DNA from: a virus
Lineage: Duplodnaviria > Caudoviricetes
Reading direction: 5' to 3' (one strand)
Virus record (IMG/VR): IMGVR_UViG_3300047564_002154
Span: 1 to 59,112 of that record
Length of the DNA: 59,112 nt
Position 1 is the first letter of the stretch; every line of letters begins with the position of its first letter. The translations under genes and the position numbers were made by a program. The notes below the pieces were generated by a model, which did no database searches, was not told where the DNA came from, and saw only the letters and a program-made list of their open reading frames with translations. Shown here in pieces: positions 39,731 through 49,467 of the stretch.

Positions 39731-39751
39731 ATACAGATGTAAGGAGATAAT

Positions 39752-39994
39752 ATGCCGACATATGAATTTCGTAACAAACAGACTGGTGAAGTAACAGAAC
39801 ATGTTATGCGCATCGCTGACTTAGATGCATTTAAACAAGCCAACCCTCACCTAGAACGCGCTATCACGCAAGCCCCAGCATTCGCTGGAGATCACATAAC
39901 CATTAAAAAAGATACAGGGTTTAAGGAGGTGCTACAAAAAATTCATGAAAGAACTCCAGGAAGTCAATTAGATAAAACATCATCGCAATTATAA
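39752..39994 (+). CDS. FmdB-like small protein
   Basis: MPTYEF; late promoter TATAAATA 39726-39733. Confidence 0.7.
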   Translation: MPTYEFRNKQTGEVTEHVMRIADLDAFKQANPHLERAITQAPAFAGDHITIKKDTGFKEVLQKIHERTPGSQLDKTSSQL

Positions 39995-40004
39995 GGAAAC
40001 TTTA

Positions 40005-40772
40005 ATGGCGCGTCTACCAAAACCAGTAAAGATACTAGATAATGAGCAGAGTGAGCCAAAAAATTTGGCAAAACCAAATAATCATCTGAAACTTCGTATA
40101 GATGATTTAAAAACATTTGACCCACTAACTGCGAATCAAAAATTATTTTTTGACGCGTATAAAAGAGGAGATTATTTCTTAGCGCTGCACGGCGTGGCTG
40201 GTACAGGCAAAACTTTCATCGCTTTGTATAAAGCATTAGAAGAAGTGTTGGACAAAAGCAACCCATTCAATAAAATCATTATCGTTCGTTCAGCAGTTCC
40301 ATCTCGCGAAGTAGGGCATTTACCCGGAGACTTAAATGAAAAAACAGAAATCTACAGACAACCATATCAGCAAATCTGTACCATTCTGTTTGGACGCCCT
40401 GACGCATATCAAAGGTTGGAAGAACAACACCACATTGAATTTATATCTACATCGTTCATTCGCGGGATGTCCTTCGATGATGCTATCATCATCGTTGACG
40501 AAATGCAAAATCTTACCTACGAAGAAATAGATACAGTGATGACGCGAGTCGGATATCGTTCTAAGATTATTTGGTGCGGCGATTATCGTCAAACCGATTT
40601 AAATAAGAAAAAGAACGACATGACTGGTATCTTAAAATTCTTTGATATCGCACAGCACATGTCTGCATTCACTCGTATCGAATTCACCCCGGACGATATT
40701 GTTAGGTCTAGTCTCGTGAAAGATTATATTTTGGCTAAGTTGCGATATGAAGACCATATTGAAGGAAAATAG
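40005..40772 (+). CDS. phoH: PhoH-family ATPase
   Basis: GVAGTGKT, G.LPG, RG.SF, DEMQN, TR.G, GD..Q, DIVRS. Confidence 0.93.
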   Translation: MARLPKPVKILDNEQSEPKNLAKPNNHLKLRIDDLKTFDPLTANQKLFFDAYKRGDYFLALHGVAGTGKTFIALYKALEEVLDKSNPFNKIIIVRSAVPSREVGHLPGDLNEKTEIYRQPYQQICTILFGRPDAYQRLEEQHHIEFISTSFIRGMSFDDAIIIVDEMQNLTYEEIDTVMTRVGYRSKIIWCGDYRQTDLNKKKNDMTGILKFFDIAQHMSAFTRIEFTPDDIVRSSLVKDYILAKLRYEDHIEGK

Positions 40773-40780
40773 GAACACCA

Positions 40781-41407
40781 ATGTCACACATCACGGCAGA
40801 ACAATTTAAAACATTATTCCCAAAAGCAAAAGATCCTGCAAATTGGGCAGATGCTATAAACGAAACTTGCGCCAAGTATAATATTAACACACCGAAACGT
40901 CTAGCAGCATTTTTGGCGCAATGTGGTCATGAGTCTGGTGGTTGGACAGTGTTTCAAGAAAACTTGAACTATTCTGCGCAAGGGTTGTGTACTACATTTA
41001 AGAAGTATTTTCCCACTCTTGAATCAGCACAACCTTATGCGCGCAACCCCCAGAAAATCGCAAATCGTGTTTATGCTAATCGCATGGGTAATGGTCTAGA
41101 ATCATCTAATGATGGGTGGACGTATCGCGGTCGTGGACCAATCCAGTTGACAGGTCGTTCAAACTACACACAGTTCGCTAAGGATATGTGTGATGACTGG
41201 GAGAACGTGGTTGCCAATCCTGATCAGGTCGCGACCGATCGCAAGTTTGCCCTTATGTCTGCTATTTGGTTCTGGAACAAAAATGGTTTAAATGCATTTG
41301 CCGACAGCGGCGACTTTGTTACATTAACTAAACGAATTAATGGTGGAATTAACGGTCTTGCCGACCGTCAACATCATTATGAAGATGCCCTTAAATTGCT
41401 GACGTAA
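40781..41407 (+). CDS. GH19 (chitinase-like) endolysin
   Basis: FLAQCGHESGG, ENLNYS, YRGRGPIQLTG, TKRINGG.NGL. Confidence 0.92.
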   Translation: MSHITAEQFKTLFPKAKDPANWADAINETCAKYNINTPKRLAAFLAQCGHESGGWTVFQENLNYSAQGLCTTFKKYFPTLESAQPYARNPQKIANRVYANRMGNGLESSNDGWTYRGRGPIQLTGRSNYTQFAKDMCDDWENVVANPDQVATDRKFALMSAIWFWNKNGLNAFADSGDFVTLTKRINGGINGLADRQHHYEDALKLLT

Positions 41408-42060
41408 TGAAAACTTTTATACATCATGATTTGCCGAAACTTGAGCGCGACACAAAACCCGATGGGACTAGAGTTTACAAAACCCCATCGGGTAATTCTT
41501 ATCCATCTATAACTTCTGTCACTGGGCTTTATAATAAACAGTCCATGATGGAATGGCGAAAACGAGTTGGAGAAGAAGAAGCGAACAAGATATCTGCTCG
41601 CGCATCAAAACGAGGTACGGCTATTCATAGCCTTTGCGAAGACTACCTTAAGAATAAGGAAGTTTCCCCAGAATTAATTGATGTGGAGATGTGGAATTCT
41701 ATAAGACCAGTTCTAAAAAGTATAAATAACATACACGCTTTAGAATCTCCGCTGTATTCTGATCATTTGGAAGTAGCAGGAACTGTTGACTGTGTTGCAG
41801 AGTACGAAGGACGGTTGTCTATAATAGACTTTAAGACTTCGTCCCGAGTTAAAACTCGAGAACAAATTCATAATTATTTTATGCAATGTTCGGCATATGC
41901 TGTAGCGTTTGAAGAGCGGACGAAAATCCCCGTATCTCGACTGGTTATTATAATGGCAGTCGAAGACTCAGACCCTCTTTTATTTGTTGAGAAGCGAGAT
42001 ACCTGGATATCAGGCTTCCTACAACTAAGAGAGGAGTATCGTAAATGGAAAAATATCTAG
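41407..42060 (+). CDS. PD-(D/E)XK exonuclease of T4-like phages
   Basis: YPSIT, RGT.IH, AGTVDC, IIDFKTS, Q..AY. Confidence 0.88.
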   Translation: MKTFIHHDLPKLERDTKPDGTRVYKTPSGNSYPSITSVTGLYNKQSMMEWRKRVGEEEANKISARASKRGTAIHSLCEDYLKNKEVSPELIDVEMWNSIRPVLKSINNIHALESPLYSDHLEVAGTVDCVAEYEGRLSIIDFKTSSRVKTREQIHNYFMQCSAYAVAFEERTKIPVSRLVIIMAVEDSDPLLFVEKRDTWISGFLQLREEYRKWKNI

Positions 42061-42395
42061 CAGCACTTTTCCTCGCCGTTTCTTGCACCGCTATTGCCGA
42101 TAGCCCAACACAATTAATCCCCGACAATTGTGGTACTGAAAAAGAATTATTGATTGCGTTAGATCAATATGATGAATTGCCGTTTGTGTGGGGGACTAGA
42201 ACGAGAAAAACAACTGATGGTATCATACAAACTTCTATCATTATGTTTGTCAATGCAGAAAAAAACACATGGACCTTGGTAGAACATTACCCTAATGGTT
42301 TGTATTGCTTTCTCGCAGGTGGTGTAAATTTTGAACCAGTCCCTGCAGATACTGTAGATAATATGGTGAAGCAAAGACAAAGAAAAAAGATTTGA
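42045..42395 (+). CDS. hypothetical protein with signal-peptide-like N-terminus
   Basis: GAGGAG SD, hydrophobic N-terminus. Confidence 0.65.
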   Translation: MEKYLAALFLAVSCTAIADSPTQLIPDNCGTEKELLIALDQYDELPFVWGTRTRKTTDGIIQTSIIMFVNAEKNTWTLVEHYPNGLYCFLAGGVNFEPVPADTVDNMVKQRQRKKI

Positions 42396-42436
42396 TTTGC
42401 AATATTCTATGATGTATAATTAATCCATGAAAACGA

Positions 42437-42943
42437 ATGATGAAAGCTGCAGTTCTTTGCAATGGTCCTAGCAGAGTTCTTTTTAACTCACCTGCTGAAT
42501 ATAGTTATCTGATTGGATGTAACATTCCTTGGAGACATGTAGACTCAACTGTGGTACTTGATATTGGTGTTGTTGGTAGCTGGCTAAAGAATAAAATCCC
42601 ACCAATACCAACATGGTTTAGCGAACATGCATGGCGAGAAACAAAATTCAAAGATAGAAATTATTTTATGAGTTCGTTTCTTGGTCTCGTCAAACCATTA
42701 CCAGAATATGATTCTTCAGGGCATGTTGCGTGCAGTAAAATGATAGAACTAGGATATGATGAGATTCATATATACGGATGTGATTCTTGGTTCACTAATG
42801 TTACGGATAGTTATACCCACCAATACAACGACACGCGACCGAATGACACTTCCAAACACGTCATTGGATGGAGAAATAGATGGAAATCTATTATCAACGA
42901 CCACCCAGAAATAAAGATAACATTTATCGGGGAACGTAAATGA
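42437..42943 (+). CDS. MAF/MptE- or sialyltransferase-like fold protein
   Basis: NGPS, GCN, SSG, LGY.EI.IYG.D. Confidence 0.6.
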   Translation: MMKAAVLCNGPSRVLFNSPAEYSYLIGCNIPWRHVDSTVVLDIGVVGSWLKNKIPPIPTWFSEHAWRETKFKDRNYFMSSFLGLVKPLPEYDSSGHVACSKMIELGYDEIHIYGCDSWFTNVTDSYTHQYNDTRPNDTSKHVIGWRNRWKSIINDHPEIKITFIGERK

Positions 42944-43007
42944 AGACCTGCTTCTTATAGCAGGTCTTCTGTGGCATTCTCTACCTACTTAAACCGAGGA
43001 GATAGTT

Positions 43008-43517
43008 ATTCGACTGCGAATATACATTGTAACATCGTTGTTTTTGACAAACCTTATAATAATCACATTCTCTGTACCAACATCCGATAAAATCATCGAT
43101 GTTCAGTATTCACAATTAACACCTGATGCCAAAAAACAAGTTGATTGTTTAACAGAAAACATTTATTTTGAAGCGAGAGGAGAACCAGAAGAAGGAAAGA
43201 CGGCAGTTGCTTTAGTCACATTAAATAGAACACAACACGAAAGATTCCCAGATGATATTTGTTCTGTAGTGAAGCAAAAGGTAAAAACAACATGCCAATT
43301 TTCATGGTATTGTCAAGGTAAAAAATATATCAGCGATCGAGCCGCGTATGAAGATGCGAGGCGAGTGGCGTTAGTTGTTTATGCAAACTATGAAAATCTG
43401 AAAGATAGCACGCAAGGTGCTTTATATTATCACGCTGATTATGTCAATCCGCGATGGAACTTGCAAAAAACCGTTGTTATCGGACGTCACATTTTTTACA
43501 AAGAGAAGGATTTTTGA
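43008..43517 (+). CDS. SleB-like cell wall hydrolase (Hydrolase_2), probable ATT start
   Basis: CL..NIYFEARGE, V.LNR, CQFSW, GALYYHA, IGRHIFY. Confidence 0.9.
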   Translation: MRLRIYIVTSLFLTNLIIITFSVPTSDKIIDVQYSQLTPDAKKQVDCLTENIYFEARGEPEEGKTAVALVTLNRTQHERFPDDICSVVKQKVKTTCQFSWYCQGKKYISDRAAYEDARRVALVVYANYENLKDSTQGALYYHADYVNPRWNLQKTVVIGRHIFYKEKDF

Positions 43518-43518
43518 T

Positions 43519-44079
43519 ATGATGAACAAACTTAACATTCAACTGAACAATAAGGAAGACGCCGCGCATTCGTTTTTTTTGTTCATGGATGAGGTGTCGC
43601 TTCAATCAACCAAACCAGTAGTAGAGTGGATTTTTGAAGCAAATTTCGCTGAAGAAAGACCTGACGTACTGACGCTCATCATATGCTCTCCAGGAGGAGA
43701 TCTAAATGCAGCGTTTGCTCTTATTGATACGATGCGCGGATCTGCTATTCCAATTCGTACAATTGGTCTTGGAGAAATCGCTTCTGCTGGACTTATGATC
43801 TTTATTGCTGGTGAAAAAGGTACTCGTATTCTCACACCAAACACTTCTATCTTATCGCATCAGTATTCATGGGGAGCTTTTGGTAAAGAACACGAATTGT
43901 TTGCAACAGTGAAACAGTTTGACCTAACTACTAAAAAAATGGTCGCACATTATAAAAAGTGCACAGGATTAAACGAAAAAAGAATTCGTGAAATTCTACT
44001 GCCTCCGCAGGACATTTGGTTGGGACCGCAAGAAGCGCAAGACCTAGGAATTTGTGATCATGTTAAAGAATTATCTTAA
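43519..44079 (+). CDS. clpP: ClpP-like protease
   Basis: SPGG, IASAG, SHQ, D.W...EA..LG..D. Confidence 0.88.
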   Translation: MMNKLNIQLNNKEDAAHSFFLFMDEVSLQSTKPVVEWIFEANFAEERPDVLTLIICSPGGDLNAAFALIDTMRGSAIPIRTIGLGEIASAGLMIFIAGEKGTRILTPNTSILSHQYSWGAFGKEHELFATVKQFDLTTKKMVAHYKKCTGLNEKRIREILLPPQDIWLGPQEAQDLGICDHVKELS

Positions 44080-44259
44080 ACATTCTGGTTTGTGTATTGG
44101 ATTAATTATTAATCCTTACCACTGGGAGAAAATTAGATTTAATATTACTGGACCAACTGAGCTTGATCCCTCTATGCATACATTTTTTATATCTCTTGGT
44201 CCAATCTGGATTAGGGGAGTGGTAGATAATGGAGATTGGTGAATTAAAAGGAGTTTATT

Positions 44260-44496
44260 ATGCATGATAATATTTTTACTATTAGTGTGTTGGTTGCAGT
44301 TGTTTCGTTGATTGTTTCTGTGACTTTTTATCAATATAACGAATTGCAGGTTATTAAATCTAACGTAGAATCTGCAATTAGTAAGGGGATTGATCCTATC
44401 GCAGTCCGATGCGCTTATGCAAACGAGCGCGATGTAGTTTGCGTGGCATATGGATCCAATAAAAAATCACAAGATGTCAAATTGACAACTAAATGA
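44260..44496 (+). CDS. small membrane-anchored protein
   Basis: AGGAG SD, N-terminal TM, GIDPIAVRCAY. Confidence 0.7.
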   Translation: MHDNIFTISVLVAVVSLIVSVTFYQYNELQVIKSNVESAISKGIDPIAVRCAYANERDVVCVAYGSNKKSQDVKLTTK

Positions 44497-44603
44497 TTGT
44501 GTAGAGAACATATTTCTATCATTTTCGCTATTGACTTATATTTCAATTTAAGGTATAATTATATCAGGTTGACATATATTTAAATTTGAGGTATACTTAC
44601 ATC

Positions 44604-44942
44604 ATGCAAATGATCCACACATCCTTGGGAAAATCCAAAAAACGCAAACCTAACGCCAAACAGCGCCAGCTGCAGGCTGACTGGGAAACTCTACTTAAAA
44701 AATACGAACCTAAAAAACCTGTTACTAAACGTAAAGATAATTGGTCATACTCTCTGGGAATTCCCAGAGAGACACCCAACATCCCAAGTTTACCATTCAC
44801 TGGCGCACCATGCACCAAGAAAGACTCTCCTGTTTATACCGGCGACAAGATCAAGGGTATTGGTACGATGCATAAATCTAACGCTGTTCCAATTTTTACT
44901 GACGAACAGGCAGTTGAAATTGCTACTATGAGGAGAGGATGA
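44604..44942 (+). CDS. conserved T4-like hypothetical protein
   Basis: YTGDKIKGIGTMHKSNAVP. Confidence 0.8.
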   Translation: MQMIHTSLGKSKKRKPNAKQRQLQADWETLLKKYEPKKPVTKRKDNWSYSLGIPRETPNIPSLPFTGAPCTKKDSPVYTGDKIKGIGTMHKSNAVPIFTDEQAVEIATMRRG

Positions 44943-45139
44943 TGACCAAAACGTTAGTTCGCTCCAACGATAGAACTGTATTTCCAATCGACCCAGTGAC
45001 GTTAGAAGCACTATCCACAGGTTATTATGACGCCTATTGCTACGCCGATCCAGAACCAGGCGTAGTGTATATCTCATTCAATGAATGGTGTCGATTGCGT
45101 AATGAACAATGGGATCTAAAGTATAGAATAAAGCAATAA
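44939..45139 (+). CDS. hypothetical protein
   Basis: coupled ORF. Confidence 0.55.
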   Translation: MMTKTLVRSNDRTVFPIDPVTLEALSTGYYDAYCYADPEPGVVYISFNEWCRLRNEQWDLKYRIKQ

Positions 45140-45199
45140 CCAAGAAGTGTAGATATTTCAAACTTGATTTGCATCAAAACATAACGTATAATACATATT

Positions 45200-45418
45200 A
45201 TGACACATACTGAAAAATACAACCACCTACTCGTCCAAAAAATGAAATTGGATAAATTCTTCTCTTTGTTTCTTGACAAGTTTGAGAAGGATATGGATCC
45301 AGATAAAACTGACACGCCGATCTGGAAACTATACAAGGCTAAATTCAAAGAATATAACAAAATTAGTCAGGATCTTAAATCAGAGGAATATTGGATTAAT
45401 AAGGAAAATCATGTTTAA
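45200..45418 (+). CDS. hypothetical protein
   Basis: ORF after TTGATT/TATAAT promoter. Confidence 0.65.
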   Translation: MTHTEKYNHLLVQKMKLDKFFSLFLDKFEKDMDPDKTDTPIWKLYKAKFKEYNKISQDLKSEEYWINKENHV

Positions 45419-45626
45419 AACATCAAATGAATTTTCTCTACACATAGAACAGAGAGTTCGCGATAAAAAAATGTCTTATATGGATGCGGTTCTTGACTAC
45501 TGTAAAGAAAATTATCTTGAGCCAGAAGATGTGGTTTCTTTGATAAACAAGTCGCTCAAAGAAAAAATTGAGATGAACTTCCGAGAACTAAATTATTTAC
45601 CAAAACAGGCGCAGCTGGATGTGTGA
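45411..45626 (+). CDS. 33: late transcription coactivator gp33
   Basis: FS..IE..SYMDA...C....LKEKI; synteny 33-59-32. Confidence 0.88.
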   Translation: MFKTSNEFSLHIEQRVRDKKMSYMDAVLDYCKENYLEPEDVVSLINKSLKEKIEMNFRELNYLPKQAQLDV

Positions 45627-46234
45627 TGGATGGATTTAAAGCATATCGATATTACTTAGCAATTAAACTGCATTTTACCACTGACAAATTTGATGTGTTT
45701 AAAAATCGTGGAAATGTCAAGGGAACCCGAGAAGCATTTAACGCTAGGAATGATAGATACATTTTTGAAAAGTTAGCTGCAAAAAGATCAGACGATAAAG
45801 ATCTTATTCAGTTTTTTGTCTCTAATTTTGCGTATGGCAAAGATGCTGCGATTTATGCTGGACAGGAAGCAGAAGATAATTATCTGATTTGGCAGAAACG
45901 TAAACAATCTATCACCAAGACGTTCATAGATGACTTGGCAACAATACTAACATATATTGAAGTTAATAAATTGGATCACTCGTCAATTTTTGAATTCATT
46001 GATAATGATTATCCAGTAGTGTTAAATTTATTCATTGGCGGTAAAATAACAATCGAATCTTTACGAATAATTGATGACTTTACCGGAGTTTTGGAAAACT
46101 GGAAAGTTCACCCATCGATAAAATACATATGGGATGATGAAATAAGGCGAGCAATAAAGTTGACTGGATTCGTAAAATACGATAAAATTAAGTTGTCTCA
46201 AATCTTTGATAAATTTAAGGAAGAAACTGTATAA
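45623..46234 (+). CDS. 59: helicase loader gp59
   Basis: YLAIKLHF, R.D.Y.FEKL; synteny. Confidence 0.9.
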   Translation: MMDGFKAYRYYLAIKLHFTTDKFDVFKNRGNVKGTREAFNARNDRYIFEKLAAKRSDDKDLIQFFVSNFAYGKDAAIYAGQEAEDNYLIWQKRKQSITKTFIDDLATILTYIEVNKLDHSSIFEFIDNDYPVVLNLFIGGKITIESLRIIDDFTGVLENWKVHPSIKYIWDDEIRRAIKLTGFVKYDKIKLSQIFDKFKEETV

Positions 46235-46239
46235 TAATT

Positions 46240-46455
46240 ATGGGCAAGACTTATACGAAACACCATCATAATGATGAAGATCAATCCATATCAAAATATG
46301 GAAAACGAGCTAAACACTCTAATAATCGTAAAAGCGGTGGTATGAAGACGCTAAATAGTTATGTTGAAGAAGATATTGACTTCGATGACATCTTTGATGA
46401 TGTTGAAATGACTGATGATATCAATATTCAACACATACAAAACGATACTAACTAA
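46240..46455 (+). CDS. small basic/acidic protein upstream of gp32
   Basis: MGKT start, position. Confidence 0.65.
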   Translation: MGKTYTKHHHNDEDQSISKYGKRAKHSNNRKSGGMKTLNSYVEEDIDFDDIFDDVEMTDDINIQHIQNDTN

Positions 46456-46479
46456 ACACATTAATATAAAGGAAATACG

Positions 46480-47403
46480 ATGGATATTCAAAAACTCCGT
46501 GCTATGCGCAACTCTGATTTTGGTGCAATCGCCAATGCTTTCGAAAAAGTTGCGAATCCCCAAACTGAATCAAAGTCCTACGCTGATGACCGTTTCTGGC
46601 GTCTAGAAGGCGATAAAGCAGGCAATGGTACTGCTACTCTCCGATTCCTTCCTCGCGTTGAGGGTGATGAACTTCCTTGGGTTCGTCTATTCAGTCATGG
46701 GTTTCAAGGACCAACTGGTAAGTGGTATATTGAAAACTCACTGACCACTCTTGGCGAAAACGATCCTGTTGGTGAACTCAACACTCAATTGTGGAACTCT
46801 GGTTCCGAGGCGAGCAAAGAGATTGCTCGTAAACAAAAGCGTAAGCTAAGTTTCATCGCCAACGTTCTGGTTGTCTCTGACCCCAAGCACCCTGAAAATG
46901 AAGGTAAGGTATTCTTGTTCAAATTTGGAAAGAAAATCTTCGATAAAATCATGGACAAGGCTCGCCCGACTTTCGAAGACGAAAAGCCAGTCAATGTGTT
47001 TGACTTGTGGGAAGGCGCGAACTTTAAACTTCGCATGCGTAAGAAAGATGGTTATGCTAATTACGACGAATCAGTATTCACTGAACCTTGCGCAGTTTCT
47101 TCTGACGAAGAAGAACTTCTTCGTATTGTAAACTCTCAATACAAACTTGCTGAGTTTATCGATCGCAAGAATTTTAAGTCTTATGACGAATTGAAGAAGA
47201 AATTAAATGATGTTCTTTCTGGAGATTCTTTTGTAGGTAAATCTGCGGCAGAACTGGCTGAAGAAGAAGATCGACCTGTTCGCGCAGCACCCGAACAACG
47301 TTCTGCATCAGCACCTGTCGCTAAGAGCAAACCTGCTCCTTCTGACGATGATGATGACGACGATGTGATGTCTTATTTCGAGAAGATTGCTAAAGAAGAC
47401 TAA
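46480..47403 (+). CDS. 32: ssDNA-binding protein gp32
   Basis: D.RFW, GNG.A.LRFLP, WYIENSL, FKFGKKIFDKI, acidic tail. Confidence 0.96.
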   Translation: MDIQKLRAMRNSDFGAIANAFEKVANPQTESKSYADDRFWRLEGDKAGNGTATLRFLPRVEGDELPWVRLFSHGFQGPTGKWYIENSLTTLGENDPVGELNTQLWNSGSEASKEIARKQKRKLSFIANVLVVSDPKHPENEGKVFLFKFGKKIFDKIMDKARPTFEDEKPVNVFDLWEGANFKLRMRKKDGYANYDESVFTEPCAVSSDEEELLRIVNSQYKLAEFIDRKNFKSYDELKKKLNDVLSGDSFVGKSAAELAEEEDRPVRAAPEQRSASAPVAKSKPAPSDDDDDDDVMSYFEKIAKED

Positions 47404-47424
47404 CTGCTTATGTAGTATTAGTTG

Positions 47425-47454
47425 AGGGCTACCAGTTGGTAGCCCTTTTTGTTT
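47425..47454. terminator. terminator between convergent genes
   Basis: AGGGCTACCA-GT-TGGTAGCCCT-TTTT. Confidence 0.85.
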
Positions 47455-49283
47455 TAGATGATGCCGTATTTGTTATTAATGTATTTCGCCAGAGAAGATT
47501 CTTGATTGCGGATTTGTGGTTTAATAATATTCTGACTCACTGTCGTTACTGGAGCATTAACGACAGCAGTTGTTGATGATCCCGTCACTGGTTTCATGGC
47601 AAATATCTTTGCTTCTTCTGCGGCAGCAGATGCTAACGAAACTTGAGCAGCAGTTCTAGGTGATTCAACTGATTTTGCTACTGTTTGTACTGCTGATACA
47701 TTTGGCGTTACTGGCGCTATTTTTGCACCCATTTCACCAGTGACGGGTGCAGATGTTTCACCAGTGACGGGTGTTTTTTTGAAACCCAAAAAACCCGTTA
47801 TCTTACTCAGTGCGGACCCAGATGATACCGACTCTTTCGATATAGAACCAGCTGATACTGGACCAGCTGATAGTGGTTCTTTCGTTATGGACCCAGATGA
47901 TACCGACTCTTTCGATATAGAACCAGCTGATACTGGACCGGCTGCAGCTGATACTGGACCAGATGATAGTGGTTCTTTCGTTATGGATCCAACCGGATAT
48001 TTTTTTTGACTGTCAGTAGGGTTTAATGAAGCATTTTTATCGGCTTTATCATCACCAAAACCAAAGAAAGATTTAACTTTATCAAGTTTATCCGCGAACC
48101 ACTTAGAGATAGCAGAAGAAATTTCTGAAACTTGATTTGCGATGCTATCGATAACATCAGTGATAGACCAGTTATTCCACCAGTCAACAATACCATCTTT
48201 TAGTTTACCGAATCCAGAAACAACACTGCCTATTGATTCTGTGATAAATTCTGTGATAGAAGCCCACGTTTCATCCCAGTTAAAGGTATTCCACAACTCA
48301 ATGGCTTTATCTTTAATCCAAATAAATGGTTTAACTAATGTGTCAATTAACTCACTAAACATTTTCTCGAATGAAAATGACTCTAATACGGCTTTTGCCT
48401 TGTCAAAACCAAATACGCCAAGCACCCAAGCAGTGGCATTCTTTAGCATATCCAAAGGAGCAAAAATTAAAGAGTTGAAGAAACCTTTAACAGCACCAGC
48501 AACACCCTCGATAATTCCACCCTTTTCGAACCCCTCAATAAATCCTTTTACTGTATCCCATAGAGTCATGATTACAGTGAGAGGTATTGCTAGTTTGGAG
48601 AAAAGTTTTACTGCACCAGAGAATATCTTAGTGAACTCATTTCCCCACGCAGCGACTGTAGAGAAAAATGATTTAACTTTAGATATCATGTCTCCTAAAA
48701 AATTAACCCCGCGCATAACTGCAGCAGAGCCATCCTTAATCATTTCTATACCCTTTGCAATAGGAGCAAAGAACTTTGTTATACCTTGTTTTAATGCTGT
48801 GATAATTTTACCAATGGTAGAAGCATCATCAAAAACAAAAAGACTTTTAATTTTGGCAAATCCTCTAGTAATAAGATCTCCTATCTTATCAAAGAAGTCT
48901 ACGATAGCATCGAAACCATTTTTAATAGCAGCGATCCATTTTTCAGGCAGCAATACTTTAGCAAGTTTACCTAAAAGCGTCACGTAACCTTTTATGTAAC
49001 CTACAATAGCACCAAGACCTGCTGCCAAAGCAGCACCCAGAGCACCAATTCCAAATGTATCTTCGCCGGTTTGTTTTGTGCCAGATTTGGTAGCTGCTTT
49101 TAGTGCGTCAGCAGTATTCTTTTCGATCTTAACAAGAAGCTCAATCATCTTATCTTGACGACGCTGATTTTCAAGCTGATTTTCTTTAGATACTGCAGTA
49201 TCTGCATTTGATGTAGTGGGTTTGACATCATTTGCCGTGAACATTGATCTTTGTGATTGTAGAAGTGCTGCCATCTGCGCCAT
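47454..49283 (-). CDS. baseplate hub / tape-measure-like protein (gp29-like)
   Basis: long amphipathic helical repeats; position after gp26/gp51. Confidence 0.65.
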   Translation of the reverse strand: MAQMAALLQSQRSMFTANDVKPTTSNADTAVSKENQLENQRRQDKMIELLVKIEKNTADALKAATKSGTKQTGEDTFGIGALGAALAAGLGAIVGYIKGYVTLLGKLAKVLLPEKWIAAIKNGFDAIVDFFDKIGDLITRGFAKIKSLFVFDDASTIGKIITALKQGITKFFAPIAKGIEMIKDGSAAVMRGVNFLGDMISKVKSFFSTVAAWGNEFTKIFSGAVKLFSKLAIPLTVIMTLWDTVKGFIEGFEKGGIIEGVAGAVKGFFNSLIFAPLDMLKNATAWVLGVFGFDKAKAVLESFSFEKMFSELIDTLVKPFIWIKDKAIELWNTFNWDETWASITEFITESIGSVVSGFGKLKDGIVDWWNNWSITDVIDSIANQVSEISSAISKWFADKLDKVKSFFGFGDDKADKNASLNPTDSQKKYPVGSITKEPLSSGPVSAAAGPVSAGSISKESVSSGSITKEPLSAGPVSAGSISKESVSSGSALSKITGFLGFKKTPVTGETSAPVTGEMGAKIAPVTPNVSAVQTVAKSVESPRTAAQVSLASAAAEEAKIFAMKPVTGSSTTAVVNAPVTTVSQNIIKPQIRNQESSLAKYINNKYGII

Positions 49284-49284
49284 A

Positions 49285-49467
49285 TTAGCGTTCCATTCTT
49301 TTCTTTTCTTCTTCTAAATGTCTAATCAGTAAGTAGATATAGACCTCTCTCTCAAATGGTATCATATTTTCAATGTCTTGTAGCGTATATTTATGGTATT
49401 GCATCAAAGAAAAATTCAACTCATAATAATTTGATAAACTGTCATGAGAGAGAGCTATTAAAAAAAA
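49285..49467 (-). CDS. 51: gp51-like baseplate hub assembly protein (internal ATG at 49404, or reached by -1 frameshift)
   Basis: Not in ORF track; SHDSLSNYYELNFSLMQYHKY..IENMIPFEREVY..LL. Confidence 0.8.
   Translation of the reverse strand, partial: FFLIALSHDSLSNYYELNFSLMQYHKYTLQDIENMIPFEREVYIYLLIRHLEEEKKRMER

Noticed and set aside
41407-42060. Cas4 or CRISPR adaptation gene
   Set aside because: Lacks the four-Cys Fe-S pattern and matches the common T4-like PD-(D/E)XK exonuclease.
48142-48987. 281-aa plus-strand ORF and other long antisense ORFs (e.g. 24441-25079, 26712-27239, 57408-57938)
   Set aside because: Shadow frames opposite well-supported genes, with no SD or motifs.
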